From NCBI GenBank assembly GCA_046349955.1, contig JAXMBI010000007.1, positions 5,944 through 69,943 on the forward strand: DNA of 64,000 nt, in the 5' to 3' direction. This document shows, piece by piece, positions 9,044 to 17,909 of the stretch. Source of the DNA: Pirellulales bacterium (GTDB lineage Bacteria > Planctomycetota > Planctomycetia > Pirellulales > JBGAPH01). Under the pieces are notes generated by a model. It ran no database searches, was not told the DNA's origin, and saw only the letters and a list, made by a program, of their open reading frames with translations. Position 1 is the first letter of the stretch. The number at the start of each line of letters is the position of its first letter. A program made the translations under genes and the position numbers.

Positions 9044-10522
9044 CTATTCCGGCAAGAAATCGCCGTTGATCGTCACCTGGCGGACCTGGCGGCTATCCGG
9101 TTCATAGACCCGGATGCGAACCTGAATCCCGCGGAGCGGCACGGGGTACGGCGGCGACGTCTCGCGCTCGCTGGCGTCGTCGACGCCGCCGTTCGACGGA
9201 TCGCCCAGATTGTCGTCCATGCCGTTGCTCGCCTGATCGGGGCCGGCCTTGCCGTCCTGATCGAGGCCGTCGAACTCGTAATGCAGCGACCAGGTGTCGT
9301 AGAAGGCGGGGAACGTTTGTTGGCAGAGCGGATTCGGCGGCCCCGAGAAAGTCGAGGGGGGCACCGCGTTGCGATAGCGGCGGGCGTAGTTCAGGTCGAC
9401 GTAGGCGCCTGTCGAAACCTGGGTCAGCTTGTTCAAGTCGTAGTTGGGCTCGCCAGGCTGATAAACCACGAAGCCCTGACCGCCCTGGTTGTTTTCCGAG
9501 TTGCTGTTGGCGTTGCTGGCCAACACCGAGGCGGTGGGGTCCCAGGCCTTGACGTCGAACGCGAGCACGTTGGTGAGCACGACGTCGCGCCCCCAGCGAG
9601 GTCCGGTGTCCAGCGGCGGACCATTGGGAAGCGCACGCGGATGGTTTGGGTGGAAAGACCAAAAGTCAGGCTGGGGCAGCATCGACGAAACGAATGCTCG
9701 GTCGACCGAGAAGGGAAAACCCTTGAGCACGCGAAAGGCCCGGTTTTCGCGCTTGGTCAAATCGCCCAACGAATTGAGCATGACGCGAGGGCTGCCGTTG
9801 ACGGTCTCCCAACGATACGAAAGGTCGAGCGACGGCCGAGTAATCACGGCCCCGTCGAAGGCCTTGCTGCTGGGATAGACGAGCCGCACTTGGCGATACA
9901 GCGTATACAGCACCTCGCGGCGCTGCTCGTTGGCCCGCCGCTCCGCCAGAGTTCTCGACGGCGGCAGCTCGGTGAATTGCTTCGCGACGTCCCAAGAATC
10001 CTGGCTGGGCGCACAGAAGTAGATCACCTCCGCCACGTCGGACTGCAGGATCTGGGGATTCGGCTGTGGCGGGGCTCCTGGCGGCGGATCAATTTGGCCC
10101 ACAAAGGGCTGGCCGCGCGACCGTGTGGTGAACATCAACACGTCGTCGATGTCGCCCACCAGCGGTAGGGGCGAGGTCTTCCAGTCCTGCTCCGAGGCGT
10201 CGCGCTTCACCTCGCGCGGGTACATCGGCGCGTCGAAGTCGTGCCGGGGGCCTTCGACGTATTCGAAGTACCCCAACCCCGCGTCGGGCCGCGCCCAGGG
10301 GATCACCGGCACGGTCAGGCCGTCGAGGTCGCGCTGCAGCCGGTCGCCGGCCGCCTGCAGGCGGCCGTTCAGTTCGACGGTTGCCCGCGAGTCGGTCATG
10401 CTGGCGTTGATCAGCCCGAAGATCGTGACCACGGCGCCCATCATGAGCAGCGTGAGCGCAAGGGCCATCAGCAGTTCGACCATGCTGAAGCCGAAACGAC
10501 GCTGGGCGGAGCGGAGCGACAT
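9044..10522 (-). CDS. Prepilin-type N-terminal cleavage/methylation domain protein (large minor-pseudopilin-like, 492 aa)
   Basis: MSLRSAQRRFGFSMVELLMALALTLLMMGAVVTIFG shows the G/F-x-x-x-E prepilin motif plus a hydrophobic helix. Track ORF 9044-11698 is over-extended; the ATG at 10522 was verified by hand. Confidence 0.7.
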   Translation of the reverse strand: MSLRSAQRRFGFSMVELLMALALTLLMMGAVVTIFGLINASMTDSRATVELNGRLQAAGDRLQRDLDGLTVPVIPWARPDAGLGYFEYVEGPRHDFDAPMYPREVKRDASEQDWKTSPLPLVGDIDDVLMFTTRSRGQPFVGQIDPPPGAPPQPNPQILQSDVAEVIYFCAPSQDSWDVAKQFTELPPSRTLAERRANEQRREVLYTLYRQVRLVYPSSKAFDGAVITRPSLDLSYRWETVNGSPRVMLNSLGDLTKRENRAFRVLKGFPFSVDRAFVSSMLPQPDFWSFHPNHPRALPNGPPLDTGPRWGRDVVLTNVLAFDVKAWDPTASVLASNANSNSENNQGGQGFVVYQPGEPNYDLNKLTQVSTGAYVDLNYARRYRNAVPPSTFSGPPNPLCQQTFPAFYDTWSLHYEFDGLDQDGKAGPDQASNGMDDNLGDPSNGGVDDASERETSPPYPVPLRGIQVRIRVYEPDSRQVRQVTINGDFLPE

Positions 10523-10534
10523 GGAAACTCGAGC

Positions 10535-10566
10535 GTAGGGTGGGGCGAGGCTCAGCGAGCCCCACC
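10535..10566. repeat. Palindromic intergenic repeat, GTAGGGTGGGGCG...GCCCCACC variant
   Basis: gtagggtggggcgaggctcagcgagccccacc. Same family as 1478-1500. Confidence 0.55.
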
Positions 10567-10822
10567 GACTGAAAACGTAACCGCACCGGTGCCGTCCCCC
10601 GGCTTCCCCGGCCCGACAGTGCCGCTTGTCCTTCGCCGGTTGACCCAAAAGCGGCCTCCGACCCGCTCGCACACTGTCGGCCCTGGGGGGCGCGGGATTC
10701 CCAGCCCCTGGGGGCTGGCCTACCTTGATTGCAGCCCGGACAGGCCTTTCTGTCAACGAAAATGTCAGCCCGAGCCCGGCCGATTTCCCGCTTCGACTCT
10801 CACCCTTCGCTTGGCCGCACCC

Positions 10823-11635
10823 ATGGAGCCCCCCCGTCCGCGCTCGCCCGCCCACGAGCAAAACCGCCGCGCCTGGGACGCGCGGGCGGCCAAAGGCGCC
10901 CGTTTCGCTGCTCCCGCGGCAGATGATTTGCTCGCCAACCCGCGGGCCACCCTCGACGCCAGCGGCTGGCTCCCCAGAGATCTGACAGGCGTGCCGGTGC
11001 TCTGCCTGGGCGCCGGCGGCGGCCGGCAGAGCGCCCTGTTCGCCGCGGCCGGGGCCGACGTGACCGTGGTCGATATCAGCCCCGCCATGCTGGCCCTCGA
11101 CCGCGAAGTGGCCGCTGAACGGGGCTACCGGGTGCGGATCGTCGAAGCCTCGATGGACGATCTGACGGGGCTGGCTGACGCGTCGTTTCAGGTGGTCTAT
11201 CAGCCTGTGAGCACCTGCTATGTGCCGGACCTCGTGGCGGTCTATCGCGAGGTGGCCCGCGTCACGGCGGCGGGCGGTCTTTACGTGAGCCAGCACAAGC
11301 AGCCGGCGAGCCTGCAGGCCGACGTCGAACCGGCGGCCGGAGGCGGCTACGCGATGCGCGAGCCCTACTATCGACAAGGCCCGCTGCCGGCGATCGAGCA
11401 GAGCCTGCATCGCGAGGCAGGCACGTTTGAGTATCTCCATTCTTGGGAAGCGCTTGTGGGCGGGCTGTGTCGGAGCGGGTTCGTGGTCGAAGACCTGGCC
11501 GAGCCGATGCTGGGGGACGCCGTGGCCGAACGCGGCAGCTTCGCCCATCGTTCGCACTACCTGCCGCCTTATGTGCGGATCAAGGCGCGGAGAACGGGAG
11601 ACGCACGCCGGGCAACCGGTCTGTGGACGCCGTAG
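10823..11635 (+). CDS. Class I SAM-dependent methyltransferase
   Basis: VLCLGAGGGRQSALFAAAGADVTVVDISPAML (motif I GxGxG plus an acidic residue at the end of beta-2), FQVVYQPVS, GGLYVSQH. Start ATG 10823 (MEPPRPRS...). Confidence 0.8.
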   Translation: MEPPRPRSPAHEQNRRAWDARAAKGARFAAPAADDLLANPRATLDASGWLPRDLTGVPVLCLGAGGGRQSALFAAAGADVTVVDISPAMLALDREVAAERGYRVRIVEASMDDLTGLADASFQVVYQPVSTCYVPDLVAVYREVARVTAAGGLYVSQHKQPASLQADVEPAAGGGYAMREPYYRQGPLPAIEQSLHREAGTFEYLHSWEALVGGLCRSGFVVEDLAEPMLGDAVAERGSFAHRSHYLPPYVRIKARRTGDARRATGLWTP

Positions 11636-11701
11636 CAGATTCCTCCGCTGTCGAATGGTCCGCACCGCTGGACCCGACATCCGCTCCGCGGCTCCCACGT
11701 T

Positions 11702-12523
11702 TCACTCCATCCGCGCCTGCCCCAACAATCGCCGCAGGCACGTGATGCCCACTTCCCCGAGGCTGCGCGGCGGCACCGCCCAGATTTGCGGGTTCAGGAT
11801 TTCGAGCGACACGGCCCCGCGATAGTCGATCTGGCGCAGCCGCTCGAGCAGCGGCGCGAAATCGAAGTCCCCCTCGCCGGGCAGAATGCGGTCGGAGTCG
11901 CCGGCCATCTCGCGCGGCGTCCCAGCAAGGTCGGACACTTGCACGTGGAACAGATTGGCGGCCGAGAGCAGGCCCAGGTCTTCGTGCTTGCTGGGGCCGC
12001 GGTAGAAGTGGAAGTAGTCGAGGCAGAGGCCCAAACTTGGGTGGCCGGTCTGCTCCACCAAGAACGCCGCGGTCTGCAAGTTGTTGCCGAAGGTCGAGGC
12101 GGCCTGAAACTCGAGGGCCAGCTTCACGCCGCGCTCGCCGGCCTGCGCCGCGGCTTGCGCCAGCGACACCGACACGCGCTCGAGGTCCTGAGTTCCCAGC
12201 GGGCCCACGACATCGCACGCGACGATCAGCACGGGCACGCCCAGCGACCGGCACAGTTCGAGACGGCGCTCGAAATGCGCCCAGTGTTCGCGCCGCGCTT
12301 CCCCCTGCGTGTGGAGCAGCCCTCCTTGAAAGCTGGCGGCCACCGGCCGCACGTCGAGTTCTTGCAGCAAGGCTTGCGTTTCGGTAAGCGAGCGCCGCTC
12401 GAGATGCGTTTCGAGTTTGCCGAGCCAGAACTCAATGTCGCGGGCGGCCCCGGCGGCGTAATCGGCCAGGTCCTGGTGGAAGGGGCTGTGCAACGAGCAG
12501 ACCTGGCTGATGGCGGGAATCAT
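11702..12523 (-). CDS. Sugar phosphate isomerase/epimerase (xylose-isomerase-like TIM barrel)
   Basis: LALEFQAASTFGNNLQTAAFLV, LGLCLDYFHFY, HVQVSDL and ILPGEGDFDF..GAVSLEILNP, typical of the AP-endonuclease-2/TIM family. Start is ATG 12523 or 12574. Confidence 0.7.
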   Translation of the reverse strand: MIPAISQVCSLHSPFHQDLADYAAGAARDIEFWLGKLETHLERRSLTETQALLQELDVRPVAASFQGGLLHTQGEARREHWAHFERRLELCRSLGVPVLIVACDVVGPLGTQDLERVSVSLAQAAAQAGERGVKLALEFQAASTFGNNLQTAAFLVEQTGHPSLGLCLDYFHFYRGPSKHEDLGLLSAANLFHVQVSDLAGTPREMAGDSDRILPGEGDFDFAPLLERLRQIDYRGAVSLEILNPQIWAVPPRSLGEVGITCLRRLLGQARME

Positions 12524-12763
12524 GAATTCTCGGCAAAGAATCTTCTTGCTAGCGACGTCGCCCCGGCGAGCCATTTTGTTGCGCCAACTGGCGAATGCGA
12601 GCCCCTTTGTGTCGCAACTCGCCTTGCCACTGGATGGGCATTTCGATATTTCTACGCGGCCTTGTCCCCGGCCCGGTCCGCGGGCCCCGCCGTCGGCGGA
12701 AAGAATCCGGCACCAAAACTCATTCTATCCCTGGCAAGTCGGCCCCGCGCCGGCTCTTAGACC

Positions 12764-14329
12764 ATGACGAACCGCAGGCAGGTCGCGGCAGTGTTGGTCT
12801 CCTGGCTAGTTATGGCAGCGGGGCAACCAGTGCTTGCCCAGTTTCCCGCGACGCCGCCGGGGCCCCCCGAGCTGATCCCTCCCGGCGTAGCGACGCAAGG
12901 AGCGCCCGAGCAGATTCCTCCTGGCGTGCCTCCCCAAGGCGTGCCCGAGCAAATCGCCCCCGGGGCGCCGGTCGCCGGGCCGGCCGAAGAGCTGGTGCAG
13001 GAAATCCGCATCGTGGGCAATCAGGCTCACAACGAATCGTGGATTCTGTCAAGGATGAAGACGCGCGCCGGCCGCCCCTTCGATCAGGACGCCCTGAGCG
13101 AAGACGTGCGCAGCCTGCTGGCGTCGAAAAAGTTCTTTCGCGTCACGCCGCGCATCATGCGGCAGGGCAACCCGTCTACGGTGACCGTGGTCGTCGAAGT
13201 CGACGAATACCCCGTGCTCCGCTATGTGCGGTTTCTCGGCAACACCAAATTCTCCGACCGTACGCTCTACAAGAAGTCGGGCCTCAAGAAGAACGAGGGG
13301 CTCGATCCCTATGCCATCGAAGACGCGCGCCAGCGCGTGCTCGACTACTACCGCGAAAAGGGGTACCCCAGGGCCGAGGTCTCGACCTTCGAGGGGAACA
13401 AGCCAGGCGACCGTGGGGCCGCCTTCCTCATCACCGAGGGGGGCCAGCAGCGCGTGCGGTGGGTGAGCTTCGAGGGGAACGAACTGGCCAGCGATTCCCG
13501 ACTGCGCACGGTCATTCAATCCAAGCCGGGCATCTTCTGGATCATCAAGGGCTTCGTCGACCGGAAGAAGATCGACGAAGACGTCGAGCGGTTGACCGCA
13601 TACTACCGCGACTTGGGCTACTTTCGCGCCGAAGTCGGCCGCGAGATGCTGTGGGACGCCGAAAACAAATGGCTGCACCTGAAATTCGTGATCAACGAAG
13701 GTCCGCGCTATCAGGTGCGAAACGTGCAGTTCATCGGCAATCGAAAGTTCGACAGCGCGGAGTTTTCCGGCGATCTCAAGCTGACCTCGGGCAAAGACTT
13801 CAACAAGGCGCAGCTCGACGCCGACCTGTCGGCGATCGGCGACTTCTACGGCGGCCGGGGCTATATCTTCCACGAGATCCAGCCCGAAACCCGCTTTCTC
13901 GATGAGCCGGGCCAGCTCGATTTGATCTACCGCATCGTCGAGGGGGATCGCTGGCGCGTCGATCGCGTCAACGTGCAGATCGCCGGCGACAATCCGCACA
14001 CGCGGCACACGACGGTGCTCAACCGGCTGTCGATCCGTCCGGGCGACGTGGTCGACACGCGCGAGCTGCGCTCGAGCGAACGTCGCCTGATGGCCTCCAG
14101 CCTGTTCGAAATGGATCGCGCGAAGGGAACCGCTCCCAAGGTGGCCTACGGCAAGCCCGACCTCGAAGACATCGACACCGAGGTGGCGGATCGACCGAAA
14201 CGGCCCGGGCAATCGCGGGGCCAGAGCCCCGATCCCGCGGCGCGTTCCGCGAACCCTGCTCCTCCCCAGCCGACCACGCGCTGGCCCTGGTGGCCGCGTC
14301 CGCAACCTGCGACGGAGGGGAGGCCTTAG
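12764..14329 (+). CDS. bamA: BamA/Omp85 N-terminal half: signal peptide, Pro-rich tract and five POTRA-like repeats, no barrel
   Basis: MTNRRQVAAVLVSWLVMAAGQPVLAQ signal peptide. POTRA-like starts: VQEIRIVGNQ, VLRYVRFLGNTKFSD, RVRWVSFEGNELASD, YQVRNVQFIGNRKFD, WRVDRVNVQIAGDN. Ends in a Pro-rich tail at TAG 14327-14329. Confidence 0.8.
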   Translation: MTNRRQVAAVLVSWLVMAAGQPVLAQFPATPPGPPELIPPGVATQGAPEQIPPGVPPQGVPEQIAPGAPVAGPAEELVQEIRIVGNQAHNESWILSRMKTRAGRPFDQDALSEDVRSLLASKKFFRVTPRIMRQGNPSTVTVVVEVDEYPVLRYVRFLGNTKFSDRTLYKKSGLKKNEGLDPYAIEDARQRVLDYYREKGYPRAEVSTFEGNKPGDRGAAFLITEGGQQRVRWVSFEGNELASDSRLRTVIQSKPGIFWIIKGFVDRKKIDEDVERLTAYYRDLGYFRAEVGREMLWDAENKWLHLKFVINEGPRYQVRNVQFIGNRKFDSAEFSGDLKLTSGKDFNKAQLDADLSAIGDFYGGRGYIFHEIQPETRFLDEPGQLDLIYRIVEGDRWRVDRVNVQIAGDNPHTRHTTVLNRLSIRPGDVVDTRELRSSERRLMASSLFEMDRAKGTAPKVAYGKPDLEDIDTEVADRPKRPGQSRGQSPDPAARSANPAPPQPTTRWPWWPRPQPATEGRP

Positions 14330-15834
14330 TGGCGTTGCGCCGCACTACACTGATCTTCGCAGCATTGGCAGGCGCCGTGGCTCTGGGCTCGGGCCGGGGT
14401 GTCGGAGGGCAAGAAACACCCTTCGGCGGACGGACCTTGCCCAACGTGTCTCCGGGTACGCAGCCTTACCCTGCCCGCACCGCGCCTGCGCAGGCGCCGC
14501 CGGCGGGGTATCAAGGCTGGTATCGGGGGACTGTGCCGCAAAGCCCGACGGGCCAACAGCCGCCGAGCTACGCGCCCCAGGGGCAGCCACCGGTGAACTA
14601 CGTGGGGCCGCCGCCGAACGTGGCGCAAGCGCCGCCGGCCGAGGGCGGCATGCTGTTCGCGGCGCCGCCCGCAGCCGGCCCGACCGCCGAAACCTTGCCT
14701 CCGGGGACGACTCAGTTCCAACAGTTTCCCCTCGTCCCCGTCGCGCCTCCGGAACAAGACCGCTTCATCGACATCGACGCGATCACCAACGAGACCCAGA
14801 CCGGCCGCTTCATGGTCGGCGTGGGCGTCAACTCCAACGCCGGCCTCACCGGTTCGGTCGTGATCGACGAGCAGAACTTCGACATCTGTAAGTGGCCCGG
14901 CAACTTTCAGGACATCGTGGAAGGCTCGGCCTGGCGCGGACGCGGCCAGCGGTTCCGCCTCGAGGCCATGCCGGGCACGCTGGTCCAGCGCTACACGGCC
15001 AGTTTTCAAGAGCCGTACCTGTTCGACACGCCGGTCAGCTTCGGCATCAGCGGTTACTTCTTCAACCGCTTGTACTCCGACTGGAGCGAAGAGCGCATCG
15101 GCGGCCGGCCCACGTTGGGCTACCAGTTCACGCCCGACCTTTCCGGAAGTTTGGCCGTGCGCGCGGAGCAGGTCACGATCTATAACCCCGTGCAACCTAC
15201 TCCCCCCGAGATTCAGCAGACCTTGGGGCCGAACTCCTTGTATTCCTTCGGCGGGCGTCTTGCTCACGACACGCGCGACAGCGCCTTCATGCCGACCGAA
15301 GGGCACTTGGTCGAGTTCAACTTCGAGCAGGTCATCGGCACCTATGTGTTCCCCAAGGCAGTCGTGGATCTCAGGCAGTACTTCCTGCTGCGGGAACGTC
15401 CTGACGGCTCGGGACGGCACACCTTGAACTTGATGGGAATGTTTGGCGTGTCGGGCAGCGACACTCCCGTGTTCGAGAACTTCTTTGCCGGCGGTTTCAA
15501 CACGATCCGCGGCTTCCGTTTTCGTGGCGCCTCGCCCACCACAAACGGCGCGATCGTCGGCGGTCGCTTGGAACTGATCGGATCGGCGGAGTACATCTTC
15601 CCGATCACGGCCGACGACATGCTCCGCGCCGTCGTGTTCTGCGACTTCGGCACGGTCGAAAAGGATTTGCAGATCCACGGCGAGAACTTCCGCGTCTCCC
15701 CAGGCGCCGGCCTGCGGATCACCATGCCGGCCTTGGGTCCGGCGCCGATCGCCCTCGACCTGGCGTTTCCCGTGTCGCATGCACAGGGTGACCAGATTCA
15801 GAACTTCAGCTTCAACGTCGGGCTCACGCGGTAG
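14329..15834 (+). CDS. bamA: BamA/Omp85 C-terminal half: own signal-like N-terminus, Pro/Gln-rich tract and bacterial surface antigen beta-barrel
   Basis: GTG 14329-14331 overlaps the upstream TAG by 1 nt, with SD GGAGGGGAGG at 14314-14323. N-terminus ALRRTTLIFAALAGAVALGSG. Barrel motifs GRFMVGVGVNSNAGLTGSV and AGGFNTIRGFRF, with terminal NFSFNVGLTR. Confidence 0.8.
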   Translation: MALRRTTLIFAALAGAVALGSGRGVGGQETPFGGRTLPNVSPGTQPYPARTAPAQAPPAGYQGWYRGTVPQSPTGQQPPSYAPQGQPPVNYVGPPPNVAQAPPAEGGMLFAAPPAAGPTAETLPPGTTQFQQFPLVPVAPPEQDRFIDIDAITNETQTGRFMVGVGVNSNAGLTGSVVIDEQNFDICKWPGNFQDIVEGSAWRGRGQRFRLEAMPGTLVQRYTASFQEPYLFDTPVSFGISGYFFNRLYSDWSEERIGGRPTLGYQFTPDLSGSLAVRAEQVTIYNPVQPTPPEIQQTLGPNSLYSFGGRLAHDTRDSAFMPTEGHLVEFNFEQVIGTYVFPKAVVDLRQYFLLRERPDGSGRHTLNLMGMFGVSGSDTPVFENFFAGGFNTIRGFRFRGASPTTNGAIVGGRLELIGSAEYIFPITADDMLRAVVFCDFGTVEKDLQIHGENFRVSPGAGLRITMPALGPAPIALDLAFPVSHAQGDQIQNFSFNVGLTR

Positions 15835-15852
15835 CGGAGCGCGGATTGCAAG

Positions 15853-16105
15853 TTAGCCCCCCGTGAGTCACGGGGAGAGGAGAAGCCGCTGTGAAGCCAA
15901 TCGCGATGATTGGTCGCGATCGGCCGGCTGCCATTCTTCTCCCCCGGCGACTCGCCGAGGGCTAACCGGGCGCCAAAGCGCGGTCGCTCGGTCATTAGCC
16001 CCCCCGTGAGTCACGGGGGCAAACGCCGTTCCCCGCCCGTCGCCGTTGATTGCCGGTTTTGGTGCGACCACGATCCTTGTCCCCTGGCGACTCGCCGGGG
16101 GCTAA
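15853..16105. repeat. Two tandem MITE/REP-like elements of about 112 bp, each bounded by inverted termini of about 25 bp
   Basis: Termini: ttagccccccgtgagtcacgggg (15853-15875) with cccccggcgactcgccgagggctaa (15941-15965), and ttagcccccccgtgagtcacggggg (15995-16019) with cccctggcgactcgccgggggctaa (16081-16105). No ORF inside. Confidence 0.65.
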
Positions 16106-16123
16106 GGGAGGCGCGGGGGTAAG

Positions 16124-16657
16124 CTAGAGCGACACGATCTCGAGCAACTCCACGGCCGGCTCGCCGTCGAGGTCGATCATCGCGGTGCGGCCGTACACGG
16201 TGTCGCTCTTGCCGAAGATTTCGCGCAGCCGGGGGCCTGGCCGCACTTCCCACAGCCGCCGCAGGTGGACGTCGCGGAGGACGCCGTGGCGGATCAGCAC
16301 GTGCCCGAGCGGCGTGTCCTCGGCCGCGATCTGCTCCCAGACCTCGGGGGCTAGGGCCGCGCGGCGAATCCGCATGATGCCGTATTGCACCACGCGGCCG
16401 TCGCCGCGGCGCACGAGTAGGATTTCGCGCGCGTAGTGCGTGGGCGTGGTCTTACGATCGAGCACCTTCACGTCGACCAGGTCGCGGTGAAACGCCTCGA
16501 CCGTCACGGTCATGTGGTGCTCGTGGGCGAGCAAGCGACCGTTCGGCTCGGGCAACTCTTCGGCCGAGACCTCGCGAAACTGCCCCAGCGGTTCAGCCGA
16601 GGGAAAGAACAGGGCGATCAGCGTTTCCAGTTTCGGCTGCTCGGCGCAGGTCGACAC
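16124..16657 (-). CDS. Chorismate lyase-like (UbiC/DUF98 fold) protein
   Basis: HYAREILLVRRGDGRVVQYG, DTPLGHVL and YGRTAMIDLDGEPAVELLEIV parallel E. coli UbiC YWLREILLCADGEPW, KTPLGRYL and GRRSRLRLSGKPLLLTELF. GTG at 16657 has GGAGG 8 nt upstream. Confidence 0.55.
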   Translation of the reverse strand: MSTCAEQPKLETLIALFFPSAEPLGQFREVSAEELPEPNGRLLAHEHHMTVTVEAFHRDLVDVKVLDRKTTPTHYAREILLVRRGDGRVVQYGIMRIRRAALAPEVWEQIAAEDTPLGHVLIRHGVLRDVHLRRLWEVRPGPRLREIFGKSDTVYGRTAMIDLDGEPAVELLEIVSL

Positions 16658-16886
16658 AGGCAGGCCTCCAGGGGGAGCGCGTTCTGTTCCGGTAGGTGGG
16701 AAGCGGCGCGGGCCCTGCACGCCGACGCTGCCGCCGGGGTCTATTGTTCGATACGGCGGGGCGGAGGGCAAGGTCGGAGCAGGACTGGCCTTGCGACGGG
16801 GAAAGCTTGACGTATGCCGAATGGCCAGGTACTTTGCATTGCAAAGACCACGGTCGGTCCTCACGAGAAGCAGGCGGGCATGTTCC

Positions 16887-17891
16887 ATGGTGTCGAAGGC
16901 CGCTCAACGCCGAGCTCGTGCGCTGCGCCGCTGGACGGCGCTGTCGGTGTTTGGCGTAGCGGTTGCGGGCGCCGGCATGTGGTGCCTATTGTTCGTGCCG
17001 GACTATTTGGACTACTACGTCGGCCAAGGTCCGGGGGGCGAAATCTCGATCATCGCGCCTTGGGTGCGGCGCGGATTGTTTCTTTTCGCCTGTGGCTCGC
17101 TTGTTGTCTCGTTCGCGCTGAGCGCGGTTGCCGCGGTTGTCGGCGTACGAACAGCACAGTTGCAAGCCCGGCGTTTGGGGGGCGTTGACCAGCGGGCGGG
17201 CGTGCACTTCGGCAGTCCGCTTGTGTTTACTTGTGCTACTGGTGTGCTTCCCGGCGCTTGCCTGATCGTGTTCCCGTTGGTCCTCCTGCTCAACATGTTC
17301 GTCGGAATGTTTTCGCCGTCCTTCGCGGTGCTCGATCGCGCTACAGCTCCCGATGGGCAAGAGTACGCGTTCCTTTATTTCGGCGTGATGCAGGGCCAAG
17401 CAATGGTGCTCGCGCAGCCTGCGGGCTCGAATGCGTTTCGCACCGTTTACCGTGTGCTGGGAGAAAACAATGGCGACTGGCCGCGGAGCTGGGCCAGCGT
17501 GATTCGTCCTGCCGGCCCGCCGACTCAGACGAACCGCCATCTGCACTTTGGACCGAACGGACTCGTGTTGGTCATTGTGCCGCCGAACCAATGTTTTTTG
17601 GCCTACGATGCACGCAGCAGAGAAATCTGGGGCCATGGGCCGATTGAAGGCTTGTCCCCGTTTATGCTGCTGGGAGAGAATACGGCAGTCCATGAGGAAG
17701 ACGTGATTTCGACCCGCGGCCACCTGCAGACCTCGCATCCCGACGCGGTCGGCGTGCCTCGGCGGTCGACGCTCGTCGCCGGAACGCGGCATGGTAATCC
17801 GATCGTGCGGGCGCTGGCCGCGGAATGGTTGGCCGTTTGTGACGAGCGAGCCAAGGCGCCCCGACCTGATATCTTCGACCTCCACGAATAA
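16887..17891 (+). CDS. Hypothetical membrane protein
   Basis: Four predicted helices in the N-terminal half (e.g. ALSVFGVAVAGAGMWCLLFV, LFLFACGSLVVSFALSAVAAVVGV) and a soluble C-terminal half. No motif recognised. An alternative start is ATG 16821. Confidence 0.45.
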   Translation: MVSKAAQRRARALRRWTALSVFGVAVAGAGMWCLLFVPDYLDYYVGQGPGGEISIIAPWVRRGLFLFACGSLVVSFALSAVAAVVGVRTAQLQARRLGGVDQRAGVHFGSPLVFTCATGVLPGACLIVFPLVLLLNMFVGMFSPSFAVLDRATAPDGQEYAFLYFGVMQGQAMVLAQPAGSNAFRTVYRVLGENNGDWPRSWASVIRPAGPPTQTNRHLHFGPNGLVLVIVPPNQCFLAYDARSREIWGHGPIEGLSPFMLLGENTAVHEEDVISTRGHLQTSHPDAVGVPRRSTLVAGTRHGNPIVRALAAEWLAVCDERAKAPRPDIFDLHE

Positions 17892-17909
17892 CCGCCCGCG
17901 AGCCCGCCC

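Noticed and set aside
14250-14340. Simple frameshift/pseudogene explanation for the split BamA
   Set aside because: Not adopted as the primary call, because the junction has a strong SD, a TAGTG stop/start overlap and a signal-peptide-like start of the second ORF. It cannot be excluded from sequence alone and is listed as the main refutation test.
15853-16105. Possible CRISPR array
   Set aside because: Only four repeat copies, in alternating orientation with irregular spacing (88, 54 and 86 nt). The copies are palindromic, there are no cas genes, and the pattern fits MITE/REP-like elements.
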